Positions 21,501 to 30,512 of a stretch of DNA of 30,623 bases are shown piece by piece. The stretch lies in contig JAQGDQ010001662.1 in the NCBI GenBank assembly GCA_030141605.1, forward strand, positions 1-30,623. The letters are read 5' to 3'. The position numbers were made by a program, and so were the translations under genes. Positions within the stretch are counted from its first letter, which is position 1; every line of letters begins with the position of its first letter. This DNA is from Tubiluchus corallicola (taxonomy: Eukaryota; Animalia; Priapulida). The notes below the pieces were generated by a model. The model did no database searches, was not told the origin of the DNA, and worked only from the letters and a program-made list of their open reading frames with translations.

Positions 21501-22824
21501 TAGCTAATATTGACCACATGCAGCCATAAGTATAGCAAGGCATACACCACGTATCACACAACTCTTTATATAAATACCACAGATGCCACTTTATAAGAAA
21601 CTTTATAACGAAAACCGGTCGCTAAGTGTTTGTGGTGCATTAAGAAAGTTCACGATACTACGTTGCTCAATAAACTACTATGACAAAAATATTAAAATGC
21701 GTGCTGTGGTAATTTTTTGACATTGCTTACTGCCAAGAACTGTAGCTTACTTAATTCATGACCGGTCCTATCCATGATACTCATACGCAATGATATGTTT
21801 AAACATTATTAATATTATCAAGATTAAAAAGAGATGTAGGTATTAAATTCAACACAATTTAATTTATAAATAAGACTAATTATTGTCTAAGGTTAATTAT
21901 TTACACACGTAATTAGCAGACTACATAAAATTAAAATTTACACGATGCAATGTTAGCAACAGACAAAAACATTTAGGAACACTTTTGAAAGTTTCTGAAA
22001 TTAATTATAAAAATGATTTTAATGAGAAATTATTAATTAGGGCTTACGACGTTATTTGCACATTGCCAATATATCATTTATGCTCTACATTATGATATAC
22101 ACCTATTTCATAGTCAAAATTATGGATATCTTGTATCAGTTAAATGTTTGCTTGCTTATAATGGCAGTTTGTTTGTTTGTTTATTTTCTTTCGTTGCTAA
22201 CTTGCTAATAGGATATTTGCACATTTTTATTAACACAGTAATATTGCCAAGGTGTTGCAGTCTATGTTACGTCATTACGATTGATCAACTATTCGTTTAG
22301 CACTTTTTTATGAAATAAATTTTTCCGTAGTTTTTCATATTTTGTTTTTGTACCCACTGTAAAAGATCAATTGTTACAGCCTGCATATAGTTGACGGGTG
22401 GCAAAGCCCATGAAGAAAGCAAACTAAAATTTCACAAACCGTGCATGTTTCCACCATCTTTATGTCCCTTGGTTATCTGCAATAAATAAAACTCCGGTCT
22501 TCCTGCAAAGATTTCTCCTTGCGTCAAAAATGCGTCCTTCACCGCGGTGTAATCGTTCAGTATCACAGCGTGCCTCGGTCCCAAATATACGCTAAAAACG
22601 TTACCGAAATGCTGCGACATTTTCTTCAAATACAAGCTGGGGCTATTTCCCATGCTGGGCAAGTTGCCCACAACCGGTAGCGCCCAGGGTCCGGGCGGTA
22701 AACCCCGCGGTCTGGTAACTCTGCTTAGCACATAGCGGAGGAGAGCAGCAAGTAACACCACTGCCAATAACAACACTCGAAAACTGCACCACGGCTGTTC
22801 GAAAGCATTTAATAAAGCATCCAT
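1889..22824 (-). CDS. Cytochrome P450, CYP2 clan (CYP2-family-like microsomal monooxygenase); 7 coding exons, 513 aa
   Basis: Exons of 385+331+188+104+121+216+197 nt = 1542 nt splice in frame at GT-AG sites (phases 1,2,1,0,1,1). Motifs in order: N-terminal hydrophobic anchor, PPGP hinge, WxxxR (WCEQR), PFDP, I-helix AGTETT, K-helix ExxR (EIYR), PERF, heme motif FSVGPRQCVG. No internal stops. Subfamily cannot be assigned by eye. Confidence 0.95.
2935..4380 (+). mobile_element. Degenerate RTE-type non-LTR retrotransposon fragment (ORF2 C-terminal region) with internal tandem amplification
   Basis: With stops and frameshifts it reads FNAYTTSIFM*NSEMWGL...FHRGLLRKILK/IKWP/ISNEQLYNRTKEE...RRLRW.GHLMRLPETTP.RLALNEAL..TKRPPGK/TTW; collinear with the fragment at 9891-10504. 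Confidence 0.85.
3120..4314. repeat. 92-bp tandem array, 13 copies, LINE-derived
   Basis: gcactaaaatcagaatcagaagactaagatgggtaggacatttaatgagattgccagaaacaacaccagtaagattagcattaaacattaga recurring at 3124, 3216, 3308, 3401, 3493 ... 4229. Confidence 0.97.
5053..5109. repeat. (TAA)n microsatellite
   Basis: About 19 perfect TAA units; on the minus strand preceded by AATAAA, like a retroelement 3' tail. Confidence 0.95.
5353..8831. repeat. 83-bp satellite array, about 42 copies, in CYP intron 6
   Basis: Unit aagtgagcattttctaagcctctcttgatatgacgtttcctagttgcatggataattgattacgatgcaaatttaacagtaac; head-to-tail, very homogeneous. Confidence 0.98.
9891..10504 (-). mobile_element. 5'-truncated RTE-type LINE (ORF2 C-terminus plus GAA-rich tail)
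   Basis: YMGTFLSTVDDIKK/RKQQAMHAF ... LRLFNAYVTSIFMYSSEIWGL...LRKVLKIRWP...RLRWLGHLLRLP..AP.RIAL; ends in GAAGAAAGAAGAAG on the minus strand. Confidence 0.85.
10802..11089. repeat. (CT)n / polypyrimidine low-complexity tract
   Basis: Almost only C and T; explains four overlapping low-complexity ORFs. Confidence 0.95.
11695..12090. repeat. Degenerate (AGTC)n/(AGTG)n tetranucleotide region
   Basis: Interrupted runs of agtc, agtt, agtg. Confidence 0.7.
12178..12393 (-). CDS. CYP exon 6 (SRS5, meander, PERF)
   Basis: Acceptor ctttctttcacag|GC; NGSALGLPHATTRGVKFRGFNIPARTMVIP...DPKYFPNPQNFEPERFLD...ALIPFSV-G; donor G|GTAAGT. Confidence 0.95.
12458..13083 (+). mobile_element. Non-autonomous piggyBac-type element (626 bp), copy 1, CYP intron 5
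   Basis: TTAA on both sides (12454-12457, 13084-13087); perfect 13-bp TIR CCCTTATAGGGTC/GACCCTATAAGGG; 19-bp subterminal inverted repeats at 12474-12492 and 13017-13035; no transposase. Confidence 0.92.
13556..13690. repeat. (GAAT)n/(GAGT)n/(GA)n compound microsatellite
   Basis: Direct reading. Confidence 0.9.
13693..14406 (-). mobile_element. 5'-truncated CR1/L2-group LINE (RT thumb and C-terminus, 3' UTR, (AAATC)n tail)
   Basis: Open frame KYLGHII..DD.DVIRQRSLFCARANRILKKF..CSPNVK..LFNS.CKSFYG..TW...LKVAHN..RKL to stop at 13885; AATAAA followed by aaatcaaaatcaaaatcaaatc; candidate 15-bp target duplication gagtgagaaagagag at 13675-13689 and 14414-14428. Confidence 0.85.
14717..14944. mobile_element. 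~230-bp fold-back (palindromic) MITE-like element
   Basis: Left arm agttttgcgataaggagttctataaatgta...tgaccttggaaatttcattttgccaggtcattt is the imperfect reverse complement of aaatgacctgccaaaacgaattttccaaggtca...tacatttatagaacaccttatcctaaaact. Confidence 0.75.
15061..15181 (-). CDS. CYP exon 5 (J-/K-helix)
   Basis: Acceptor tttgcag|GTA; VQRRFQKEVDEIVGAARQPSMNDKDNMPYAMATIQEIYRC-G; donor G|GTGCGT (phase 1). Confidence 0.93.
15355..15702. repeat. (GAT)n/(GAC)n trinucleotide tract with internal duplications, CYP intron 4
   Basis: Long gatgat run; gacgacaa..gctgatggcaat.gttg occurs three times. Confidence 0.95.
15976..16079 (-). CDS. CYP exon 4 (I-helix; different frame from the ORF track entry)
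   Basis: Acceptor tgttatag|AA; KDEMKIVIHNFMVAGTETTTTRIRWGMIYLSRSPK; donor AAG|GTAAAA (phase 0). Confidence 0.93.
16109..16285 (+). repeat. Dispersed repeat fragment (TTAAAG-starting, possibly Kolobok-like end), copy 1
   Basis: ttaaagcacaagaaaac...taaatttaaactc..gcga...gcagccattttaatc.taggtc also at 27699-27876; partial third copy near 27400-27515. Confidence 0.65.
16501..17941. mobile_element. Possible old TIR element (hAT-like ends) hosting the nested pogo-type MITE
   Basis: Left end CAGGCTCGGATTA...agcctaggggcc; right end agcctaaggggcccc...TAATCCAAAGCCC as a degenerate inverted match; no target duplication found. Confidence 0.35.
17199..17836 (+). mobile_element. Non-autonomous Tc1/mariner (pogo/Tigger-type) element, copy 1, CYP intron 3
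   Basis: TA|CAGTCAATC...tataag and cttatacccgagGTTGACTG|TA; many internal CCTTATA motifs; homologous to 28320-29031. Confidence 0.85.
18565..18752 (-). CDS. CYP exon 3 (G-/H-helix region; not in the ORF track)
   Basis: Acceptor tgtcttag|G; YIPSLRKRIKQLVDCRNSAYKFINKHIQQHINTFDRNNIRGFCDAYINEIHQKSDCPLSGFT, matching the CYP2 H..T.D....RDFIDAY pattern; donor A|GTAAGT. Confidence 0.9.
18801..20138. repeat. 42-43-bp minisatellite, about 29 good copies (18801-20058) plus degenerate copies running into CYP exon 2
   Basis: Unit tcacaattacaagcgaaaagctggcttgtcacaggaatatgat; fills nearly all of intron 2. Confidence 0.97.
20112..20442 (-). CDS. CYP exon 2 (C- to F-helix region)
   Basis: Acceptor ctcctattag|GT; GIVDAEGPHWCEQRKF...LRQFGMGK...GKPFDP...NIILAVIFGKR...VNHIPIT-R; donor AG|GTAGGT (phase 2). 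Confidence 0.93.
21009..21463. repeat. ~102-bp AT-rich tandem repeat, about 4.5 copies, CYP intron 1
   Basis: tgataacaaaattctacttagattagc...ttaagcattattcttgtacac at 21009, 21113, 21215, 21309, 21411. Confidence 0.9.
22440..22824 (-). CDS. CYP exon 1 (signal anchor, proline-rich hinge)
   Basis: ATG at 22824 in context aagATGG; MDALLNAF...VLLLAVVLLAALLRY...LPPGPWALPVVGNL...FAGRP...NMH-G; donor G|GTTTGT (phase 1). Confidence 0.9.
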
Positions 22825-24002
22825 CTTAGGTAAGTACAAAACTCATCACAGTTGAAACGCAACAGAAATTTTCGATATTGCTATGCAACAAATTTTCACG
22901 TTGTTTCAACGTGTTAGTCAAAGGGAGTAAAACTAAATGCACGTGTGTACATTGTGATCTTTGTCGAGGCACGGGTAGTATGTGGTGCGATATATGGCAT
23001 GTTATTTTGGCGTTCTCAACTGCCTTATCAACGCATAACTGTTTAAACATGGCAAATTATGGCACAAGTTCAAACCTTGCCGAGTTATTTGTTATGTACG
23101 CTATAAAGCCAAGGTACGTTAGCAGTAAAAGTCAGCAAACAAAAACACTTCAGATAGACGATAGTGCGATTATGCCTGCATTAGGGCAATATATCATGGA
23201 AAAAAATCTCACGTTTACAGTGATCAATTTATAAGTTTATTTATTTTCACTCTGCATCTAACAGTTATAATAAAAATACAGATAATTTCACTGAAGTAAA
23301 TATAAATATAAAAGCAATATTATCCAGAAATTACAAAAGAGATTCTTATGCAGCATATACATGTGCAAATTAAATTACAGAGTAATTTTGATGCATACAG
23401 TTTGAGCCTAAAAGCTTAGCTTGACAGGCCAAACTGTACGTGGAAATCTTAAAGAAATGATTAAGAATTGAGATAATGATAATATATACATAAATGTGGG
23501 GGGGGGGAGTAGTGAATGAAAGATGAAATGGAGCAAGAACTAAGAAAAACTGTGATCATGATTATAAAGTGTTCAGTAACCTGTTGAGCATAGTCACGTT
23601 TTATTAAGATTACTGTAGAAAAAGAATGCAGGTGATTACCATTATCAAACTGTGTTACTCTCAATACTTTTGAAATATTTCTTTTCTGATGGTTTTTTAA
23701 AAGTTGAAAGGTAGTGACTACATACTACTTGCGTGTTTACTGTGTGGACTAATGAAATGTAGTTAACTTAGTGCATTTTTTGCAATTAAGTACATGAAAA
23801 ACAAAGCTTGAAACTAGAGACATCATTAAAAGTAGGCAAGAGATTTACAAGTTTATATTGTAGCTTTGCTGTACTCGATGTCTTTGGAACTATTTATGCA
23901 TGTTGCATGCTACAATTAATGATGGAAAGGCACCTATGGAAACACGCATGAACAGATGTTAAGAAAGATGAGGGAAAACAGGGGAAGGAAGAGGAAAAAC
24001 AA

Positions 24003-24004
<2 letters not shown>

Positions 24005-24044
<40 letters not shown>

Positions 24045-24058
24045 GTGGAGAGAGCTAT

Positions 24059-24107
<49 letters not shown>

Positions 24108-24133
24108 TCAGAGAGGAGAGAGAGCTATAGTGA
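24005..24133. repeat. (GA)n microsatellite, duplicated together with a gtcagag.ggagagagctatagtga spacer
   Basis: Direct reading. Confidence 0.9.
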
Positions 24134-25538
24134 TTTATATAAAATTTCTAGTAAATTTAAATAAACTATATTACACTTTTTAATAAACATTTTCTGAATA
24201 TGATATGTATGTTACATGAATTGACAATTTTCTGATAGTCAATTCAGACAAAATTGCATTTGCCATGGAAACAATTTTTGCACTTCCTCCTCCTAGCATT
24301 GAGCTGATGTAAACAGACTTGTCTAATTAAATTAACTGGTGCAATAACAATGTACTGATCAGGTTTTTCTTAATCAACATGTCAAGGCCAGGTTCTCTAG
24401 TCCTGCAAAAGTGGCAATCTTGAACAAACATCTATGCAAGCAAGCAGTGGAGATTCCGTGGAGATCCATTCAGAGAACTGATGTCCATAGCTGTCAAATA
24501 TCAAAGGAAGAGAATTAGAGCTAACATGCGTGAGTTAGATCCCTTGGCGCCCCGTCTTGCCGTATTGACATTCGATTCTCCTTCAGTAAATAAACAAGCA
24601 CCTCTAGGACAAACAACAACAAGTGGATGATAAACACCCTCGCAAAAGTGCACTCTATGCCCTCACGGGTGAACATGGTAAACAGACATCACGGGTAAAT
24701 ACTCTTACCTTCATTAGCCACCGGATAAACATGGTAGTATGACAAAATGCACAAAAGAAATGTCCATTTAACAGCCAATTATGATCAAGCACTCAAGGTT
24801 TATTCACAATTTCCAAATGTTTCTGCTGCATTTATTAGCCCTGCCGATTCCTGATAGTGTACATTCATCTCCAAACTTATTACAGCTGTGTTTTATGCTG
24901 TAAACCGCCATTTTGAAAGAAGTTAATTTAACTCAAAAATATCTAGTGGCGATTGCTACACAAGTCAGCGTGACCAGTAACTTTCTTTTGGCCCAACAGG
25001 TATCCTTTTTCCTCCAAGATGGCACCATAACATTATGGAACTATGGAGGCAAATCTAAAGAGACCATGTTGCCATACAAGAACGTGTGACAAGTCGCTGT
25101 TATTTATTTGTACGAAGCTCCTGGTTGTTAAGTGTAACCTAAAATCAGATTTTTTAACAAAAAATAACATGCCACCGTATAGGAACGTATGCCTCTTCTT
25201 CAAAATAACTCCACATGCTTGCCCTGGTGTTACACGCAGCGTGATAATAGACACACACACACATCGGAACTAACAGATCTCCTAACACAGATTAATTTAT
25301 AATAATCGTTTATTTACGACAGAGGTAATCTCTCTGCCGCAACAATAAATACAGTAGAGATCCTATGTCAATTACAATTCAGTTGACTCCAGTTACTGGT
25401 ACTTATTGCGATATTTCGATTTCGACAGTGGAATAGTGTTACACGTACATGCTTGTCGAAGTCTAACATACAAAAAAGGGGAGACTCGCACTGTTTCTCG
25501 AAAAGAGGTACAGAGACACACCGTTCAACTTTGATCAA

Positions 25539-26101
25539 CCCTTATAGGGTCACGATTTTTTACAACCGATTTTGATAATTCGTAAATTACTTTTGATAAA
25601 CCGCCGTGTTTCATTAGTAAACAGCATAATCACCACCATAGGATACATTATACCTCTGCTTAAAGACATGTGACTTACTAGTAATACGAAATTTAAATTG
25701 ACTTAGTTACGTTCCCTTGTCTATGCTGGAATAACTGTAGACAACTGACATTGCTAGCGCGTGTGCAAAAATCATCTTTATTTTGAATTGTCTACTAGTT
25801 TCTTCTTTTAGGTGGAGTAATTAGAGTAACTGACATTTTGTTTTATCAGATACATCGCCCGTAAAATGTATAGACAAGCGAAGTAAAATTTCGACAATTT
25901 TAAAAAATCGACATATTGCATTTTCACTTTTATTTCGTGGAGAGACAATGCGCCTAAAATAAATAACTGAAAGTATTTTGTGCACAAAACATATTTAGAA
26001 AAAGTCATAGAAAAGGTTTACTGGGATGCGTATGGTAAAAGGGTAAAATGCAAAAAACCGGCCCGGGGGTAATTTTTTACCCCCGGGTGACCCTATAAGG
26101 G
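25539..26101 (-). mobile_element. Non-autonomous piggyBac-type element (563 bp), copy 2, inverted relative to copy 1
   Basis: TCAA|CCCTTATAGGGTC ... GACCCTATAAGGG|TTAA; body is the reverse complement of 12458-13083 with small deletions. Confidence 0.92.
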
Positions 26102-27698
26102 TTAATTCAATGAAATTGGCTTCGGTCACAGTTACACTCCATGTTGTTTAACCAAGTGATTTAAATCTTCACTTGCATTTGATGATACTGGAAGAGATAC
26201 AAATTGGTCAGTGATGAGAATGCAAACTAGTAACTCCGGTGCAATATGCAACCGACGGACGGACATCAGCAAATAGTTGAACGTCTCTGACAAAGTCCAA
26301 ATATTCGGGGAAACGAATTCCATTTCTTTTCTTTCTAACAAACTTGCTTTGCACAAACGTTACAATAGTGTCTATATAACTTGGCTACTGTTGTCAACAC
26401 CATATAGGGAAACACTAGAACAATCTGCCTCAAAGAGGTTAAAAAGTCTATTACATATCCCTAAAAAGAAGACACAGATGGCTATACACAGTTATAAACT
26501 TCGTGAACCTAAGCATTGAGGTTATGTAGTATATACTCTACATTACAAAGCTATTAGCATTTCACATTTTTACAGTCACAATTAAAACAAATATATGTTA
26601 TGTTCATATAATACTATAGTAGCACCAAGCCTGAAAGCATCAGAAATACAGCAAACATGGTGTGAACACAGCAAATCACCGTAACTATCGCACGTCAAAC
26701 GCAAACGTAAAATCAGCAAACACGTTGTTGCAGAAATGTGCGCTGATCCGTCGTCAACCACCGTGAGTCGTAATTCTAAACCGAGAGTCCGCCTTTCGCT
26801 AAAAACCGGGGCAATGATCTTAGTTTTTTCGCTCAATAGAATCATTGTTGTGTGTGCATCCTCTTTCTGCAATTATATTCTGTCTGCAAGCTGTGTGGAA
26901 GAAAAGTGCTTAAACATGAGCAAAATGGCAGCCTTCGTTTGATCAACACAGCAATGACTTTTTGACAGGATTTCATGTAACATCACGTCACCCCTGGTGG
27001 TAAAGTTATGCCTGGCGAAAGAGTCACTTCTGGTGGTAATGCCTCCTCTGGTGCCTGTGTATCTACAGTTTCTTTTCTTCTGAATGCTAGATGACTTGAA
27101 GGTATTTGTGAAGTAAATTTTTTGTTTTTGCTGACATGTCATCTAAAGCACACATGTGTAAAGATACTTTTCTGAAAATGTTTGCCAATTTCTGTTTGCT
27201 TACAGATTGTTAGAACTGTCATTGATCAGTGCCAGCAGGTACAGTGACATTAATCAGGGTCTGAAAGCTGGTACGTATATTGCCCATGTATGACTCAAGA
27301 ACGGTTACAAAGGTAACAAAGTTTTGCGAACAAAATAGAGTTTTCTTTTGCTTCCATTTGGATGTTGTTTGGACAATTGTTAAAGCAAACGAAAGCATTC
27401 TTCTCAGATAAAGTTTAAGGAATTTGTCTTGAAATTTTATCTCACTTTAATGCTGTTTTATTGCATACAGAGCTTATGTTAGCAGTAACGCTGTATAGAA
27501 GTTGTAAATTTAAACAAGTTTAAATAATATTGCGTTTGAAAAATATAACCAGTACATTCATAGCACACGCTTCGCTAACTAAGCAAAAGTTTAAATTAGT
27601 TTATATTCATAATAAGATTAATTGTGTTTTCGGTGAATCAGTGGTGCACACTGGGATGGCGATGCAGTGATGTTTTATCAAGTGATGCGATCATTTTA

Positions 27699-27876
27699 TT
27701 AAAGCACAAGAAAACACTTCAGAAATATAAACCTTAAAAAAGTCATCTGGAAATTTTATATCACTTACATACTGCCTTTTTACATGCATGATTTCAATCG
27801 GCAGTAACTCTGTATAAAACATCTAAATTTAAACTCTTGCGACGGCCATTAGACGCAGCCATTTTAATCATAGGTC
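27699..27876 (+). repeat. Dispersed repeat fragment, copy 2 (homologous to 16109-16285)
   Basis: Collinear match by eye over about 175 bp. Confidence 0.65.
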
Positions 27877-27933
27877 GTCTCATTGTTACGTAGGAAGTCA
27901 CAATGCATGGACAACATGGACGACGTTAACTCG

Positions 27934-28025
27934 TCAGCTACACTGTAACTTTTCCCTGTCTTCGAACATGTCTAGTTTCCAATTGAAGTCTTTCTTGAGT
28001 TTAGGCGGCATCCTGAGTGCAGCTT
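27934..28025 (-). CDS. Probable last coding exon of an unidentified upstream gene
   Basis: Strong acceptor gttttcgtgtctttttcag|AA; phase fits the exon at 29621-29705; EAALRMPPKLKKDFNWKLDMFEDREKLQCS*; AATAAA on the minus strand at 27700-27695. Confidence 0.5.
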
Positions 28026-28319
28026 CTGAAAAAGACACGAAAACACGACATCAAAGACAAGACGTTTCACTAATCGTTTGGAACTAGAAATGCGTGTGAG
28101 CAACAGCCAATATAAACTTTTCATCCTCGACCATCATAGTAATTATGCAACTACAAGATTTGTGCTATATTATTTCTACAGCTTTACTATCCTCACAAAG
28201 ACACTCAAAACGGTGCCATAAACCATCAAATATCTCGATAAAGTTCTTGTTGTCATACCCAAAAATGGTATAAGCCTGGTGTACCTATGTGCACAAGTAA
28301 GTTCAGCATTGTTCACATA

Positions 28320-29031
28320 CAGTCAACCACGGATATAAGGGACACCCCCGGACCGGAAGAAGCCGTCCCTTATATCCAATGTCCCTTATAGTCGACTCCA
28401 TATGACTCTAGAATTGCTTTTTTAAGTTAACGTTTGAATACATGTCCTGATTTCGCACTTTTTATTTCTATGCAAAGTTTATATCATATTAGGGCCCTGT
28501 GAATGTTAAATGATGTCTGGCTGTGGTTATTCTGCAGTACTGCAATTTAAATTCATTTGACCTAGTACTATGAAATTTAACATTTAATTGAACTGGATTA
28601 TAGATTTATAGTCGATGTCCCTTATAGTCGAAGTTGAGTCAGACCGAGAATGCATCTAGACCTGTACTTTTTTTACCCATATTTTGTGGATTATTGCTAC
28701 ACATTCAGTGCAAACGGTATGTAGGAAACTCTTTCAGTGATGCGAGATGTATGTGACCGCGGAAACCGAGCTGTTCAAAGGCTGCATTTGCGAAAAACTG
28801 AGGCTAAAAATCGATCAATTTCGCTTTGATCATAGGGTCCCTTATGTGTGAGGTAATTTACCTGGGTTTCTATTACGCGGAAACCCGAAGGTATCATCCC
28901 TTACAACCGAAAATCCCTTATATCCGAGTACCTTACGTACGAAGATTTTTACATAGGAAAAACATTACGAAAAATCGGGACCGATGTTGGTGGTCCCTTA
29001 TAAGCGAGTACCTTATACCCGAGGTTGACTC
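28320..29031 (+). mobile_element. Non-autonomous Tc1/mariner (pogo/Tigger-type) element, copy 2
   Basis: TA|CAGTCAACCACGGATATAAGG ... CCTTATACCCGAGGTTGACTC|TA (terminal base mutated); same orientation as copy 1. Confidence 0.85.
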
Positions 29032-29485
29032 TAAACACATGATTTATTTTTGAAAATGGTCATTCTTCCATTCCGTCAGTGCTACTGTTGCTTTTTGCAT
29101 GTTTGCTAAATGAAATATTTACATGCACTTCTCGGTGCAACGTCTTAGGCAATAGATAAGGCATGTGAGTATACCAAAGACTGTCGTATAGCAGAACACC
29201 ATGCTTGACGAGTTTTAAAAATGTTAGAATCTCTGTCTGCCCATCAGAAGTCTGTGTTTTGACAACGTTACTCCTTTTAATTCAGTAAACACTTAAAATG
29301 TTAGAGTACAGTGTTACAAAGTCTGTGAGCTAACCTACTAACCTAAGTCCCAAGCACTCGGAACATGGACAAATAAACATGATCGAAAATTATTCAAAGT
29401 GAATGCAAAACTGCAAAATCTATTCACCTTTGCACGATCACGGTCTGTCTGAATTTATCTACAGATACTAATCTGAACAGTTAGA

Positions 29486-29620
29486 ACAGCTAAACAACTA
29501 ACAGAAACCAACACAACTGCACTACTAAACAGTGTGATAATGTCCCACTTACAACAGCTAAACAACTGAGAGAAACCAACACAACTGCACTACTAAGCAG
29601 TGTGATAATGTCCCACTTAC
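29486..29620. repeat. 68-bp tandem duplication containing a splice donor
   Basis: acagctaaacaact...aaccaacacaactgcactactaa.cagtgtgataatgtcccacttac twice, ending at 29552 and 29620. Confidence 0.9.
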
Positions 29621-29705
29621 CCTCGTAACACTTTGCTGTCGGTTTTGGTTTGTCTCCTTGCAAAGCAGCTATGATACTATTTGCTGTAGCATCCGGACCA
29701 AAAAT
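29621..29705 (-). CDS. Probable internal exon (85 nt) of an unidentified upstream gene
   Basis: Acceptor ttcattttatcag|ATT, donor G|GTAAGT; only one frame is open: IFGPDATANSIIAALQGDKPKPTAKCYE. Confidence 0.6.
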
Positions 29706-29854
29706 CTGATAAAATGAACACACAGGTTAGAATAAAAACCATTTATCTGCTCGCGCTATTTCTTTTGCTCTACAAAGTGTTCACCTATTTTTTGCATCGA
29801 CATCTATCTTTCAGTCATTTTACTCCCTCTCTTTTTTTCTGATTCTCTCACCCT

Positions 29855-30307
29855 ACCTACCTCCCTCCCTCCCTCCCTCCCTCCCTCCCTCCCCTCCTCT
29901 CTTCTTCTCCCTCTCTCCTCTCTCCTCTCCTCTCTCTCCTCTCCTCCTCCTCTCTCCTCTCTCTCTCTCTCTCTTCTTTTTTATCTTCTCCTGCATCGCA
30001 AATAGAGGTTTAATAAACACTTATAATCACCCCTCCCCTCTCCCTCTTCCTCCTTCCCCCACCCCTCCCCCCTCTCCTCCTCTCTCTCTCCTCTCTCTGT
30101 TTCGGTCCTCCTCTCACTCTCTCTATCTAATCCTCTCTGCCTGCAAATAAGAGGTTTAATAAGACTTATGACATAATCCCCCCCCCTCTCTCCACAGTTG
30201 CAAATAAGTACTTAAGAGAGAGGGGGGATTATGTCATAAGTCTTTATTAAACCTCTATTTGCAGGCAGAGAGAGATGAAAAAGATAGAGAGAGTGAGAGA
30301 GAGACCG

Positions 30308-30344
<37 letters not shown>

Positions 30345-30444
30345 AGGGGTGGAGAGGAAGAGGAAGAGGGAGGGAGGGAGAGAGAGGGGTGATTATTGTT
30401 ATAAGTCTTTATTAAACCTCTATTTGCAGGCAGAGAGAGATAAA

Positions 30445-30512
<68 letters not shown>

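Noticed and set aside
22825-22839. ORF-track start at 22839 for the CYP
   Set aside because: That codon is TTG; the first ATG, in good context, is at 22824.
23729-23735. TTGCGTG xenobiotic response element about 0.9 kb upstream of the CYP
   Set aside because: A single short match is expected by chance, and AhR control is mainly established for CYP1 genes.
12549-26008. Near-identical MTFSKYVLCTKYFQLF ORFs at 12549-12773 and 25808-26008 as a duplicated small gene
   Set aside because: Both lie inside the two piggyBac MITE copies and diverge by frameshift; no transposase motifs.
27190-27276. Plus-strand exon-like segment (ttgcttacag ... ctg|gtacgt)
   Set aside because: Isolated splice-like signals with no partner exons or recognisable peptide.
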